DNA from: Macrostomum lignano
Taxonomy: Eukaryota
DNA length: 64,000 nucleotides
Direction of reading: 5' to 3'
Assembly: GCA_002269645.1 (NCBI GenBank)
Contig: NIVC01000969.1
Location: 62,001 to 126,000 of the forward strand
The position numbers and the translations under genes are program-made. Below the pieces are notes generated by a model that was not told where the DNA came from, did not search any database, and was given only the letters and a program-made list of their open reading frames with translations. This document shows positions 49,305-61,740 of the stretch, piece by piece (position 1 is the first letter of the stretch; each line of letters begins with the position of its first letter).

Positions 49305-51670
49305 AATAGGTATCTGTGGACAGCAATCTGTAAAAAGATATCTGTAAACATGTATCTATAAACAGTATCTATAAACAGGTATCTGTAAACAGGTATCTGT
49401 AAACAGGTATCTGTAAAGTAAACAGGTATCTATAAACAGTATCTGTAAACAGTATCTGTAAACAGGTATCTGTAAACATCATCTATAAACAGGTATCTGT
49501 AAACAGGTATCTGTAAACAGGTATCTATAAACAGGTATCTGTAAACAGGTATCTATAAACAGTATCTGTAAAACAGGTATATATAGACAGGTATCTGTAA
49601 ACAGTATCTGTAAACAGTATCTGTAAACAGGTATCTGTAAACATAATCTATAAACAGGTATCTGTAAACAGGTATCTGTAAACAGGTATCTGTAAACATC
49701 ATCTATAAACAGGTATCTGTAAACAGGTATCTGTAAACAGGTATCTATAAACAGGTATCTGTAAACAGGTATCTATAAACAGTATCTGTAAACAGTATCT
49801 GTAAACAGTATCTGTAAACAGGTATCTGTAAACATCATCTATAAACAGGTATCTGTAAACAGGTATCTGTAAACAAGTATCTGTAAACAGGTATCTGTAA
49901 ACAGGTATCTATAAACAGGTATCTGTAAACAGGTATCTATAAACAGGTATCTATAAACAGGTATCTGTAAACAGGTATCTATAAACAGGTATCTGTAAAC
50001 AGGTATCTATAAACAGTATCTGTAAAACAGGTATATATAGACAGGTATCTGTAAACAGTATCTGTAAACAGTATCTGTAAACAGGTATCTGTAAACATAA
50101 TCTATAAACAGGTATCTGTAAACAGGTATCTGTAAACAGGTATCTGTAAACAGGTATCTATAAACAGGTATCTATAAACAGGTATCTGTAAACAGGTATC
50201 TTTAAACAGGTATCTGTAAACAGGTATCTTTAAACAGGTATCTATAAACAGGTATCTGTAAACAGGTATCTGTAAACAGGTATCTGTAAACAGGTATCTA
50301 TAAACAGGTATCTGTAAACAGGTATCTATAAACAGGTATCTGTAAACAGGTATCTATAAACAGGTATCTGTAAACAGGTATCTGTAAACAGGTATCTATA
50401 AACAGGTATCTGTAAACAGGTATCTATAAACAGGTATCTGTAAACAGGTATCTATAAACAGGTATCTGTAAACAGGTATCTTTAAACAGGTATCTATAAA
50501 CAGGTATCTATAAACAGGTATCTATAAACAGCATCTGTAAACAGGTATCTGTAAACAGGTATCTTTAAACAGGTATCTATAAACAGGTATCTGTAAACAG
50601 GTATCTATAAACAGTATCTATAAACAGGTATCTGTAAACAGGTATCTTTAAACAGGTATCTATAAACAGGTATCTGTAAACAGGTATCTATAAACAGCAT
50701 CTGTAAACAGGTATCTATAAACAGCATCTGTAAACAGGTATCTGTAAACAGGTATCTTTAAACAGGTATCTATAAACAGGTATCTGTAAACAGGTATCTA
50801 TAAACAGTATCTATAAACAGGTATCTATAAACAGCATCTGTAAACAGGTATCTATAAACAGGTGTCGGTAGGTCTTGTACGCGTCATTTATTGTGCGAGA
50901 TACACTTGCGCAACAAAAAAAGATAGACAAAAATGAATAATTAAAGCTAAGAGAAGAGAATTAGGACACACGGGGACAAAAAAGAGGAACGCAAAGGTGT
51001 GCAGCGTGGGTCAATAGCGCAATAATTACATCAGTTAGTAATAGTAATTACAAGCGCAAACTCCCATAATAATATGATTATATGTATAGCAGTAGTATCA
51101 ATCAAATATAAACATTGCAAAGTTGACTAACAGGTATCTTTAAACAGGTATCTTTAAACAGGTATCTATAAACAGGTATCTGTAAACAGGTATCTATAAA
51201 CAGCATCTGTAAACAGGTATCTATAAACAGCATCTGTAAACAGGTATCTGTAAACAGGTATCTTTAAACAGGTATCTATAAACAGGTATCTGTAAACAGG
51301 TATCTATAAACAGGTATCTGTAAACAGGTATCTATAAACAGTATCTGTAAACAGTATCTGTAAACAGGTATCTGTAAACATCATCTATAAACAGGTATCT
51401 GTAAACAGGTATCTGTAAACAAGTATCTGTAAACAGGTATCTGTAAACAGGTATCTATAAACAGGTATCTGTAAACAGGTATCTATAAACAGGTATCTAT
51501 AAACAGGTATCTGTAAACAGGTATCTATAAACAGGTATCTGTAAACAGGTATCTATAAACAGTATCTGTAAAACAGGTATATATAGACAGGTATCTGTAA
51601 ACAGTATCTGTAAACAGTATCTGTAAACAGGTATCTGTAAACATAATCTATAAACAGGTATCTATAAACA
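49305..51670. repeat. 13-14-bp minisatellite (AACAGGTATCT[G/A]TA), interrupted by a 270-bp unique block at 50861-51130
   Basis: Direct reading. Confidence 0.92.
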
Positions 51671-51940
51671 GGTGTCGGTAGGTCTTGTACGCGTCATTTA
51701 TTGTGCGAGATACACTTGCGCAACAAAAAAAGATAGACAAAAATGAATAATTAAAGCTAAGAGAAGAGAATTAGGACACACGGGGACAAAAAAGAGGAAC
51801 GCAAAGGTGTGCAGCGTGGGTCAATAGCGCAATAATTACATCAGTTAGTAATAGTAATTACAAGCGCAAACTCCCATAATAATATGATTATATGTATAGC
51901 AGTAGTATCAATCAAATATAAACATTGCAAAGTTGACTAA
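50861..51940. repeat. Direct duplication of a 270-bp block (50861-51130 = 51671-51940, offset 810 bp)
   Basis: Both copies run from GGTGTCGGTAGGTCTTGTAC to GCAAAGTTGACTAA and look identical by eye. Confidence 0.9.
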
Positions 51941-52918
51941 GCGCTGTGCTTGACTATCAGAGAGCATTAAAATAATAAAATAAACGCAGACTTGAGAAAA
52001 TTTCGCCCCCCTCTAAAACGTGACCGACTTTAATGGGACATGTAAAATATAATTAGCTAAAAAAACTGAACAAACAATCAAATATATCAATCAATTAACA
52101 GATAATGACAGCAAGAAAAAAGAGGAGGGTTGCGTAAACAAATTATCTTCTAAAAGAAAAAGGTGAAACAAAAATAGCTAATTAAAAAAAATGTACTCAA
52201 AGATATCTCAGTATCTCGCGTTTTGGATTTGATTTCAAATCGAGAAAAAATAAGAGTAAATTTTAAACACGATAAAAGCAGGGACTACTGTTAGTAAGCA
52301 GGCGCAACAATACAGAGTTTTGGATTTTGTTTTTTGTAACTACAGGCTGTTTTTTCGCCCTTCCCCCAAGGCACAGTGAAGTGTACAGGCCTAAAGATAA
52401 ATAAAGTTAGGGCCGCTGTACACTCCTGTGTTAGTGTGTGCCTGTGCGTGTGACTGCGTACGAATCCTAACTGAAAAACTACAATGAAAACCAGTGCCAA
52501 TATTGTTCTCAGCGTTGCGTCCATGCCTTACTGCTGGTTGGGCCTTGGGATAAAAGCAGCACAGGATGATGGTCCTCAGAATAGATTTTTGACAAACTAT
52601 AAATTGAAATAGAATATACTATATAGCAAGCAGTAATATTATATCCATATTGAATAAAGTGGAGCGCATGCTTCTGTATTTACAGGGTAATTATATCAAA
52701 CTATATTTTTCCAGCTGGTTAAGTCAGACAACAGACAGACAGGTTTAGTTAACACAATGACTGTATTGGGGAGGCAGCCGTATTTTTATAGCAAAATAAA
52801 CACTCTTGCCAAGCTGCTAAGCAATGCAGCTGTAGAGAAATGCGCGTGCATGATTAGCTTATATTAAATTATATAAGTGAGTTCAGGTGCTCATATTGCA
52901 CTAGCAATAAAGGGAATG

Positions 52919-53680
52919 TCAGAGAGCCTTAAGCGACACGTAGCTCTGCAGCTGGTTGGGCAGCGGCAGCTTATTAACCTTGTGCTTCATAGAGTCAGTG
53001 TGCCCCAGAGCCCGTTGGATCTCGTTGCGGCACAGCCGTTTCAAAGAGCGCACGTTGCACTCCTCCCTGTGCAGCCAGTCGGAGAAGTCCTGATCAGCGT
53101 AGATGATCTTGTCCGGTATGATCTGGTTCTCCAACAGCCAGCGGGTGAAGGCCTGCAGGTTGAGCGGGTCGCAGCCGTGCGACAGCAGCAGCTTGACCAT
53201 GGGGATGTCCAGCTTGGGGAACTTCACGGCCATGTGCAACGGCGCCAAGCCGTCCTTGTCGCAGCGGTTCACCTGGGCGCCGTGCTTGATGAGCTTGTCG
53301 GCGATGGCCAGGTGGCCGTGCAGCACGGCGATGTACAGAGGAGTTTTGCCGTTGCGGTCGGCGGCGTTCACGTCGGAGCCGTGGCGCAGCAGCAGGTCGA
53401 CAATGTCGGTGCGGCCGTGATAGGTGGCCACGTACAGCGGGGTCTTCTTGTGCGTGTCCGGCTGGTCAACGTCAGCCTCGGAGCGGAGCAGAGCCTGCAC
53501 AATCTCCAGGTGGCCAAAGTAGGCAGCGATGTACATTGGCGATTTCAGCTCCTTGTTGGGCAGGTGAACATCGGCGCCCTTGGAGAGGAAATAATTGACA
53601 AGCTCGACATGGCCGCGGCTGGTTGCCAGGTACAGCGGCGACCGGCCGTACGAGTCCGTGCTATTGATTGACGCGTTGCC
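52919..53680 (-). CDS. ASB-family protein exon 3: ankyrin repeats and C-terminal SOCS box
   Basis: Acceptor CCTGTAG|GGC (phase 0); repeats GRSPLYLA, KTPLYVA, GKTPLYIA, GLAPLHMA; SOCS box RSLKRLCRNEI...LPLPNQLQSYV. Confidence 0.92.
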   Translation of the reverse strand, partial: GNASINSTDSYGRSPLYLATSRGHVELVNYFLSKGADVHLPNKELKSPMYIAAYFGHLEIVQALLRSEADVDQPDTHKKTPLYVATYHGRTDIVDLLLRHGSDVNAADRNGKTPLYIAVLHGHLAIADKLIKHGAQVNRCDKDGLAPLHMAVKFPKLDIPMVKLLLSHGCDPLNLQAFTRWLLENQIIPDKIIYADQDFSDWLHREECNVRSLKRLCRNEIQRALGHTDSMKHKVNKLPLPNQLQSYVSLKAL

Positions 53681-54207
53681 CTACAGGTAGGCGGCAGGTA
53701 AGTATGCTCAAACTTTCATTAGGATTCCCTTAAAGACGAAGTGGCAATGCGCCTGGCCCAAGGACTACTTTAGTAAAGGGAAGGGAAACTACGGTTCTTG
53801 GAACATTATCAGGCAGGCTTTACCGAAGAAAAAATACATTACGGAGATTGGATTTCATTTGGTCAGCACAAATATTTTTATTGCTTTTGATACGAGTAAG
53901 AAGCAGACACAATGTTCATTTTCGATTCTGGGGCGACGCAAGCGACTCTGGGACGCTTCTTCATCGGGACGCTTCTTCATCGTCTTCATCGGGTAATGGT
54001 TAGCACTGGCCATCTATAGATTGCGAATAGGGAGTGTCTATAAATATAAACAAATCAATTCCTTGGCTGACACAGAGGGAGTCAAATTTTACCGCTAGGT
54101 AGCTAATAGCTACAAAGCCAGGCTCCACTGGATCGATGCAGTCAAACTGGCGCACCTCATAAGGCTGGAAAATCAATGTAATCCAATCTATAATACTTCT
54201 CTCTCAC

Positions 54208-54720
54208 CTGTCCTAATAGGAGCTGAGTCATTGACAGGCAGCCAGTGTAGGCAGCGTGGTGCAGAGCAGTCATGCCCTGCTTGTCAGTCTTGCTGGCTGA
54301 GCTGCCGGCGGCCAGAAGCAGGGCTGCCAAGCCCACTCCGCTGGCGCCCAGCTCGGCGGCAATCATGAGCGGCGTCATGCCGATCTGGTCGGTGTCCTCC
54401 AGCCGCAGCGACTCCGACTTCAGCAGGGCGCCAACTACCGCCTCGCGTCGGTCCTTCACCGCTGAGGTGAGCGCCGTGTCGCCGCTCTCGCTTTTCAGGT
54501 TGACATTGACGCTGGGGAACTGAACCATCTCGGCGGCGATCTGGGCGCTGGCCCGGTGCAGCGGGGCCAGGCCGTCGGTGTCCAGCAGGTTGGGATTGCA
54601 GTCGTTTTGCAGCAGGGCTCGGCAGGTGGCGCGGTACTTCTCAGAGGTCTGCGTGGCTATGAGGTGCAGCCCCGTTTGCAAGTGCTGGTTGCGCATGTTC
54701 ACGTCCGCGTTGGACTTCAC
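54208..54720 (-). CDS. ASB-family protein exon 2: ankyrin repeats
   Basis: Acceptor CGTCCAG|GTG and donor GGACAG|GTGAGA; 513 nt, phase 0/0; QTGLH, GLAPLH, GDTAL, GMTPLMIAA, GMTALHHAA. Confidence 0.92.
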
Positions 54721-54764
54721 CTGGACGGATGGGGGTTGGGTGCTCAATAATCCTGTTGGTGGGG

Positions 54765-57700
54765 ACTAAAGATCTGGGAGGGTGGGGACTCGATCTGGGA
54801 TCTGAGAGGGGGTGGAGACAATCTAGGGATTTGGGAGGGTTGTAGACTCAATCTAGGGATCTGGGAGGGTGGGGATTCAATGTAGGGATCTAAGAGGGTT
54901 GGATACTTAATCTAGGGATCTGGGAGGGTTGGGGACTCAATCTAAGGATCCGGGAGGTTTGGAGACTTAATCCAGGGATCTGGGAGGGTGAGGATTCAAT
55001 GTAGGGACCTAAGAGGGTAGGAGACTAATATAAAGATCTGGGAGGGTTGGGGACTCAATCTAGGGATTTAGGAGGGTTGTAGACTCAATCTAGGGATCTG
55101 GGAGGGTGGGGATTCAATGTAGGGATCTAAGAGGGTTGGATACTTAATCAAGGGATCTGGGAGGGTTGTAGACTCAATCTAGGGGTCTGGGAGGGTGGGG
55201 ATTCAATGTAGGGATCTAAGAGGGTTGGATACTTAGTCTAGAGATCTGGGAGGGTTGGGGACTCAATCTAGGGATCTGGGAGGGTTGGGGACTCAATCTA
55301 AGGATCCGGGAGGTTTGGAGACTTAATCTAGGGATCTGGGAGGGTGAGGATTCAATGTAGGGACCTAAGAGGGTAGGAGACTAATATAAAGATCTGGGAG
55401 GGTTGGGGACTCAATCTAGGGATTTGGGAGGGTTGTAGACTCAATCTAGGGATCTGGGAGGGTGGGGATTCAATGTAGGGATCTAAGAAGGGTGGAGACA
55501 ATCTAGGGATCTGGGAGGGAGGGACTCGATCTAGGGATCTAGGAGGGTGGGGATTCGATGTAGGGATCTAAGAGAGTTGGATACTTAATCTAGGGATCTG
55601 GGAGGGTTGTAGACTCAATCTAGGGATCTGGGAGGGTGGGGATTCAATGTAGGGATCTAAGAGGGTTGGATACTCAATCTAGAGATCTAGGAGGGTTGGG
55701 GACTCAATCTAGGGATCTGGGAGGGTTGGGGACTCAATCTAAGGATCCGGGAGGTTTGGAGACTTAATCTAGGGATCTGGGAGGGTGAGGATTCAATGTA
55801 GGGACCTAAGAGGGTAGGAGACTAATATAAAGATCTGGGAGGGTTGGGGACTCAATCTAGGGATTTGGGAGGGTTGGGGACTCAATCTAGGGATCTGGGA
55901 CGGTGGGGACTCAATCCAAGGATCTGGGAGGGTTGAGGACTCAATCTAGGGATCTGGGAAGGTGGGGATTCGATGTAGGGATCTAGGAGGGTTGGAGACT
56001 TAATCCAGGGATCTGGGAGGGTGAGGATTCAATGTAGGGATCTAAGAGGGTTGGATACTTAATCTAGGGATCTGGGAGGGTTGGGGACTCAATCTAAGGA
56101 TCCGGGAGGTTTGGAGACTTAATCTAGGGATCTGGGAGGGTGAGGATTCAATGTAGGGACCTAAGAGGGTAGGATACTCAATCTAGGGATCCGGGAGGTT
56201 TGAGGACTCAATCTAGGGATCCGGGAGGGTTGAGGACTCAATCTAGGGATCTGGGACGGTGGGGACTCAATCCAAGGATCTGGGAGGGTTGAGGACTCAA
56301 TCTAAGGATCTGGGAGGGCTGGGGACTCAATTTAGGGATCCGGGAGGGTTGAGGACTCAATCTAAGGATCTGGGAGGGCTGGGGACTCAATTTAGGGATC
56401 CGGGAGGGTTGGGGACTCAATCTAGGGATCCGGGAGGGTTGAGGACTCAATCTAGGGATCCGGGAGGCTTGAGGACTCAATCTAGGGATCCGGGAGGTTT
56501 GAGGACTCAATCTAGGGATCCGGGAGGGTTGAGGACTCAATCTAGGGATCTGGGACGGTGGGGACTCAATCCAAGGATCTGGGAGGGTTGAGGACTCAAT
56601 CTAGGGATCCGGGAGGGTTGAGGACTCAATCTAGGGATCCGGGAGGGTTGAGGACTCAATCTAGGGATCCGGGAGGTTTGAGGACTCAATCTAGGGATCT
56701 GGGAGGGTTGGGGACTCAATCTAGGGATCCGGGAGGGTTGAGGACTCAATCTAGGGATCCGGGAGGGTTGAGGACTCAATCTAGGGATCCGGGAGGTTTG
56801 AGGACTCAATCTAGGGATCCGGGAGGGTTGAGGACTCAATCTAGGGATCTGGGACGGTGGGGACTCAATCTAGGGATCTGGGACGGTGGGGACTCAATCT
56901 AAGGATCCGGGAGGGTTGAGGACTCAATCTAGGGATTTGGGAGGGTTGAGGACTCAATCTAGGGATCCGGGAGGGTTGGGGACTCAATCTAGGGATCCGG
57001 GAGGGTTGGGGACTCAATCTAGGGATCTGGGACGGTGGGGACTCAATCTAGGGATCTGGGAGGGTTGAGGACTCAATCTAGGGATTTGGGAGGGTTGAGG
57101 ACTCAATCTAGGGATCCGGGAGGGTTGGGGACTCAATCTAGGGATCTGGGAGGGTTGAGGACTCAATCTAGGGATCTGGGACGGTGGGGACTCAATCTAA
57201 GGATCTGGGAGGGCTGGGGACTCAATCTAGGGATCTGGGAGGGTTGAGGACTCAATCTAGGGATTTGGGAGGGTTGAGGACTCAATCTAGGGATCCGGGA
57301 GGGTTGGGGACTCAATCTAGGGATCTGGGACGGTGGGGACTCAATCTACGGATCTGGGAGGGCTGGGGACTCAATCTAGGGATCTGGGAGGGTTGAGGAC
57401 TCAATCTAGGGATCCGGGAGGGTTGAGGACTCAATCTAGGGATCTGGGAGGGTTGAGGACTCAATCTAGGGATCCGGGAGGGTTGAGGACTCAATCTAGG
57501 GATCCGGGAGGGTTGAGGACTCAATCTAGGGATCTGGGAAGGTGGGGACTCAATCCAAGGATCTGGGAGGGTTGGGGACTCAATCTAGGGATCCGGGAGG
57601 TTTGAGGACTCAATCTAGGGATCCGGGAGGGTTGAGGACTCAATCTAGGGATCTGGGACGGTGGAGACTCAATCCAAGGATCTGGGAGGGTTGAGGACTC

Positions 57701-58395
57701 AATCTAGGGATTTGGGAGGGTTGGGGACTCAATCTAGGGATCTGGGACGGTGGGGACTCAATCCAAGGATCTGGGAGGGTTGAGGACTCAATCTAGGGAT
57801 CTGGGAAGGTGGGGATTCGATGTAGGGATCTAGGAGGGTTGGAGACTTAATCCAGGGATCTGGGAGGGTGAGGATTCAATGTAGGGATCTAAGAGGGTTG
57901 GATACTTAATCTAGGGATCTGGGAGGGTTGGGGACTCAATCTAAGGATCCGGGAGGTTTGGAGACTTAATCTAGGGATCTGGGAGGGTGAGGATTCAATG
58001 TAGGGACCTAAGAGGGTAGGATACTTAATATAAAGATCTGGGAGGGTTGGGGACTCAATCTAGGGATCTGGGAGGGTGGGGACTCAATCCAAGGATCTGG
58101 GAGGGTTGAGGACTCAATCTAGGGATCCGGGAGGGTTGAGGACTCAATCTAGGGATCTGGGAAGGTGGGGACTCAATCCAAGGATCTGGGAGGGTTGGGG
58201 ACTCAATCTAAGGATCTGGGAGGGCTGGGGACTCAATTTAGGGATCCGGGAGGGTTGAGGACTCAATCTAGGGATCTGGGACGGTGGGGACTCAATCCAA
58301 GGATCTGGGAGGGTTGAGGACTCAATCTAGGGATCCGGGAGGGTTGAGGACTCAATCTAGGGATCCGGGAGGGTTGGGGATTCGATGTAGGGAGG
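54765..58395. repeat. ~30-bp G-rich minisatellite (GGACTCAATCTAGGGATC[C/T]GGGAGGGTTG[A/G]), ~120 copies, filling ASB intron 1
   Basis: Direct reading; divergent and homogeneous blocks alternate. Confidence 0.95.
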
Positions 58396-58491
58396 GTAGA
58401 AAAATTGAGAGCCTGGAAGGTTAACCAGAGAAGAAGTGCAGTATCGAACATGCTTCTGTGGCTGGCATAGTTAATCTAACAAACAACTGAC

Positions 58492-58803
58492 CAGCAGTTC
58501 GATAATTTCAGTCCGTCCATAAGTTGCAGCCTGCAGCAGCGGGTAGGTTGGCGCATCGTACACGTGTATGTTGGCGCCAGCCTTCAACAACAGCTTGACC
58601 ATCTGCACGTGGCCGAGTTCGACGGCCAAATTAAGGGGACAGACGCCGTCAATAACCATGCTGGGATCCACATCGTTGGGATAAGAGAACAGATAAGTCA
58701 GGGTTTCAACATTGTTAGAGCGGATGGCGCCGCGCAGCAACCAGGGTATTTGCTGCTTGGAGATCTGCGGCTTGTGGCGGTGCTTAGAGTAGCGCTGGCC
58801 CAT
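58492..58803 (-). CDS. ASB-family protein exon 1 (start MGQRYSK; alternative upstream in-frame ATG at 58839); whole protein ~528 aa
   Basis: Ankyrin text CPLNLAVELGHVQMVKLLLKAGANI; donor CTGCTG|GTCAGT is phase 0 and matches exon 2. No specific ASB orthologue can be assigned. Confidence 0.88.
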
Positions 58804-59755
58804 CTGCCTGGCAACAGCCGCATGTGCAGCAGAATGCAATTTCGAGTAGCAGACATTTGCAACAAGTTTTCGGCTTTTATAAGCTGATTAAATCATATAT
58901 ATTGGATTCATATATTTTATGAGGATATTTATAGATAGAAAAATGCCTGACCCACTACAAAACACCAGCTTTGTCAACTAGAGTTCAGCTTAATTGGCTA
59001 TTTTATCACTGCAACTACCTTGAAAAGTAACACTAAGACTATTTTAACTGCATACTAACCATGACCAATCATTTTAAACTCAGCATTGGTAATGAACAAA
59101 AATGGAATAGGCTATCAAACTCATTATATAGAATATTCTTAGAAGATATTTACCCATATAAAATACTAGACAAGACCACTAGTATAACAGGATAGAAAAC
59201 TCAAATACTATATAATTTTTGGAGACCAATTTTCTAGAAAAAATCTTTTTTATCACAAAGTCAACAATTGAATTTGAGCTAAGACAGTGAAGATAATCAT
59301 TCTTTTAATTTAGCATTGGATAACATGCTATTCTGTTGTAGTTTAGAGTTGTGCATTTAAGTTGTATTTTAAAGATATTAATTTTTAAGCTAAACATAAG
59401 CCTAGATTTTTATTACAAATATAACTGATTCAAGAAGAAACAAAACAAGTTTAGCCTATGCCACTTATGAGTATTAATATAACTATTAAACAAGTATTCT
59501 AAGCCTGTTTTATGTTTAACATAAAAAGTATATTTTAAAATTTGTAACTTATTATAGAAGAAACAAGATAATATATAGCTAATAAAAAGAAATATCATAA
59601 TGAAAATGTTATAATTATATTATCCAAAGTAATTATCAATAAGAAGCCATATTTGAATTTGGATATCATTATTTTCTAATAATTTAAAACATTTTAAATG
59701 ATTAGTCACATAATCATATTATCTCAAACTATGCAATACAAGTCTAGCTGTATAG

Positions 59756-60419
59756 CCATGGTCGGGAAGGTGGCACAGTGTGCGCTGGAACTATTTTGAT
59801 GGCTTTTGAGCACTGTGCGCCGTGCACCATGAAGAAAAGATTTTGTGCACCATGAAGAAAAGATTTTGTGCGCTGCAGTGTGCCATGATAAGGTAAGTCT
59901 AAGGTAAGGTAAGGTAAGGTATTTATTCTACTGTAAGGAATTTATAATAGACAAATTTGAATTTCATTTACGTATTTTTATATTGTGATTTACGTAATTT
60001 ACGTAATTTTATTTTACGAATTATGGAATTAAGCCTGATACTATATATTTTGCAAAGTATAACGAAGTGTAACTATATATTTTTTCAGCACCATGCGCCA
60101 TGTGCCAGGCGCCGCGGAACAAGTTTCTGCCAGGGGGGCAGGACCAAGTTTCCAAAACTCAAGCCCAGACCCTGACTTGGACAATGACCAAAAATTTGAG
60201 CAAAATTATGCTGTTGAACAGTATTTGAGGGGGGCCCCCCCCCAACTCAATGTCAGGGGGGCAGCTGCCCCCCCTGCCCCCCCTGTTCCGCGGCGCCTGC
60301 CATGTGCTCCGCCAAAGCATTTCCAATTTTTCCTTGTACGCCGTGTGCGCCATGTGTGCCAAAAAAGGGCCAATTTGTGCCAGTAAATTCACCAAAAACT
60401 GCCACCTTCCCAGCTATGG
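59756..60419. mobile_element. Older ~660-bp MITE-like element (host of the nested insertion)
   Basis: GCCATGGTCGGGAAGGTGGCA versus the right-end reverse complement GCCATAGCTGGGAAGGTGGCA (18/21); flanks CTGTATAG and CCATATAG (6/8). Confidence 0.65.
60106..60299. mobile_element. 194-bp hAT-type MITE with perfect 16-bp TIR and perfect 8-bp TSD
   Basis: CAGGCGCCGCGGAACA ... TGTTCCGCGGCGCCTG; CCATGTGC at both 60098-60105 and 60300-60307. Confidence 0.9.
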
Positions 60420-61614
60420 CCATATAGTAGGTTTTAATATAATAGATGTTTTTACTAGTAAAGATAGGGGCCTTAGCTTTAATTGATCATAATACATTAA
60501 AATCGTATAAAAAATTCAAATTTCTAAAAAAGAATCTAGCATTTATTTGTATCATTAATAAAATTATTATAAAAATAAGAATATTATAAAAATAAAAATA
60601 ATTTATGGTATAAATATATTTGACAATTTTTATTATTATAGTAGGCTAGGCCTATCCATTTAAATATTAGAATGGCTAATTTTATTGTCTACACTTAAGA
60701 CAAATATGCTTATGCTATCTGGGCTTAAGATTATAACTTAATGTAAACATATAAGTAGTGAATGTGAAAAACTTATTTCTATAATCATTATACATAAGAA
60801 GCAAATTATAGTTATTTTATGGTCATAGGTGCCAGTGGGGGAAATTTCATTTATATAAATATATTTAAAATTATATTAAGTAGGCTAGCTAAAGTCAATG
60901 AAAAGAACCACTAGAACATACCATTGCAATAATACATTTCTATATATTTTTTTAATTTAATAGCCTCTTTATTATTTGAACTGCAAGTTTGTTATTTAGA
61001 TGTTAATTTAGATAGTAAATTTAGATTCTATTTGTTTTATGTGTTGACCATTAAAATAACTGTATTTATATGGTCACTAGGCCTATAGCAAGAACAACTG
61101 CCTATAATTAAAATATAATATAACTATATAATATAGACTGAGTAATTGATACACATGTTTAAGCAGGGATAACATTTTACTATTAGTTTTATTATACAAA
61201 GTTATTTAAAAATCTTTCTTTAAGTAATTGACTTTTAAACTAAAGTACATTACCCATTACCGAATCCACTCATATGCTAAAATATTCGACTACACTGTAG
61301 CACAGAAGTGGAACTGAAGCCTTAAGAAAGCTTCTATTATATCGAATCAATTATTTAAGCCAATTTCAGCTAATATTATTGTAATTTAAAAGTTATCAAA
61401 ACGATAGACGCGTTGTAAGTTATAACAAATTTGACTATATTTTTATGTATAATGCAGGATAATATTTCTTAAACGTCATGAAAATCTAATTTTGTATGTT
61501 TTAACTAAAATAAACTTCTTTAAACAACTAATGTATTTGCTTACAGTGGATACCGCGCGCAAATTGTAGATTTCCATTTCTCAGCATTTTTTCATCGTCA
61601 CTGCAAAGATCACC

Positions 61615-61740
61615 ATGTCGGCCACGACTGCGGGCTACAAGATGTCTGAAAAGCAATATGCTAGCGGCAACTTCACAAGTGATGAAGTTCCGCATGAGAT
61701 TCATGTGAAAATGAGCAAGAAAATTGCTCAGCTTACCAAG
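61615..61740 (+). CDS. FAM184: FAM184 family protein, coding exon 1
   Basis: CACCATG start; HVKMSKKIAQLTK is the recognised FAM184A/B N-terminal signature; donor AAG|GTAAGG. Confidence 0.92.

Noticed and set aside
56238-58451. SPQPSRIPRL and TQSRDPGGL repeat ORFs
   Set aside because: They come from the 30-bp intronic array between two in-phase ankyrin exons.
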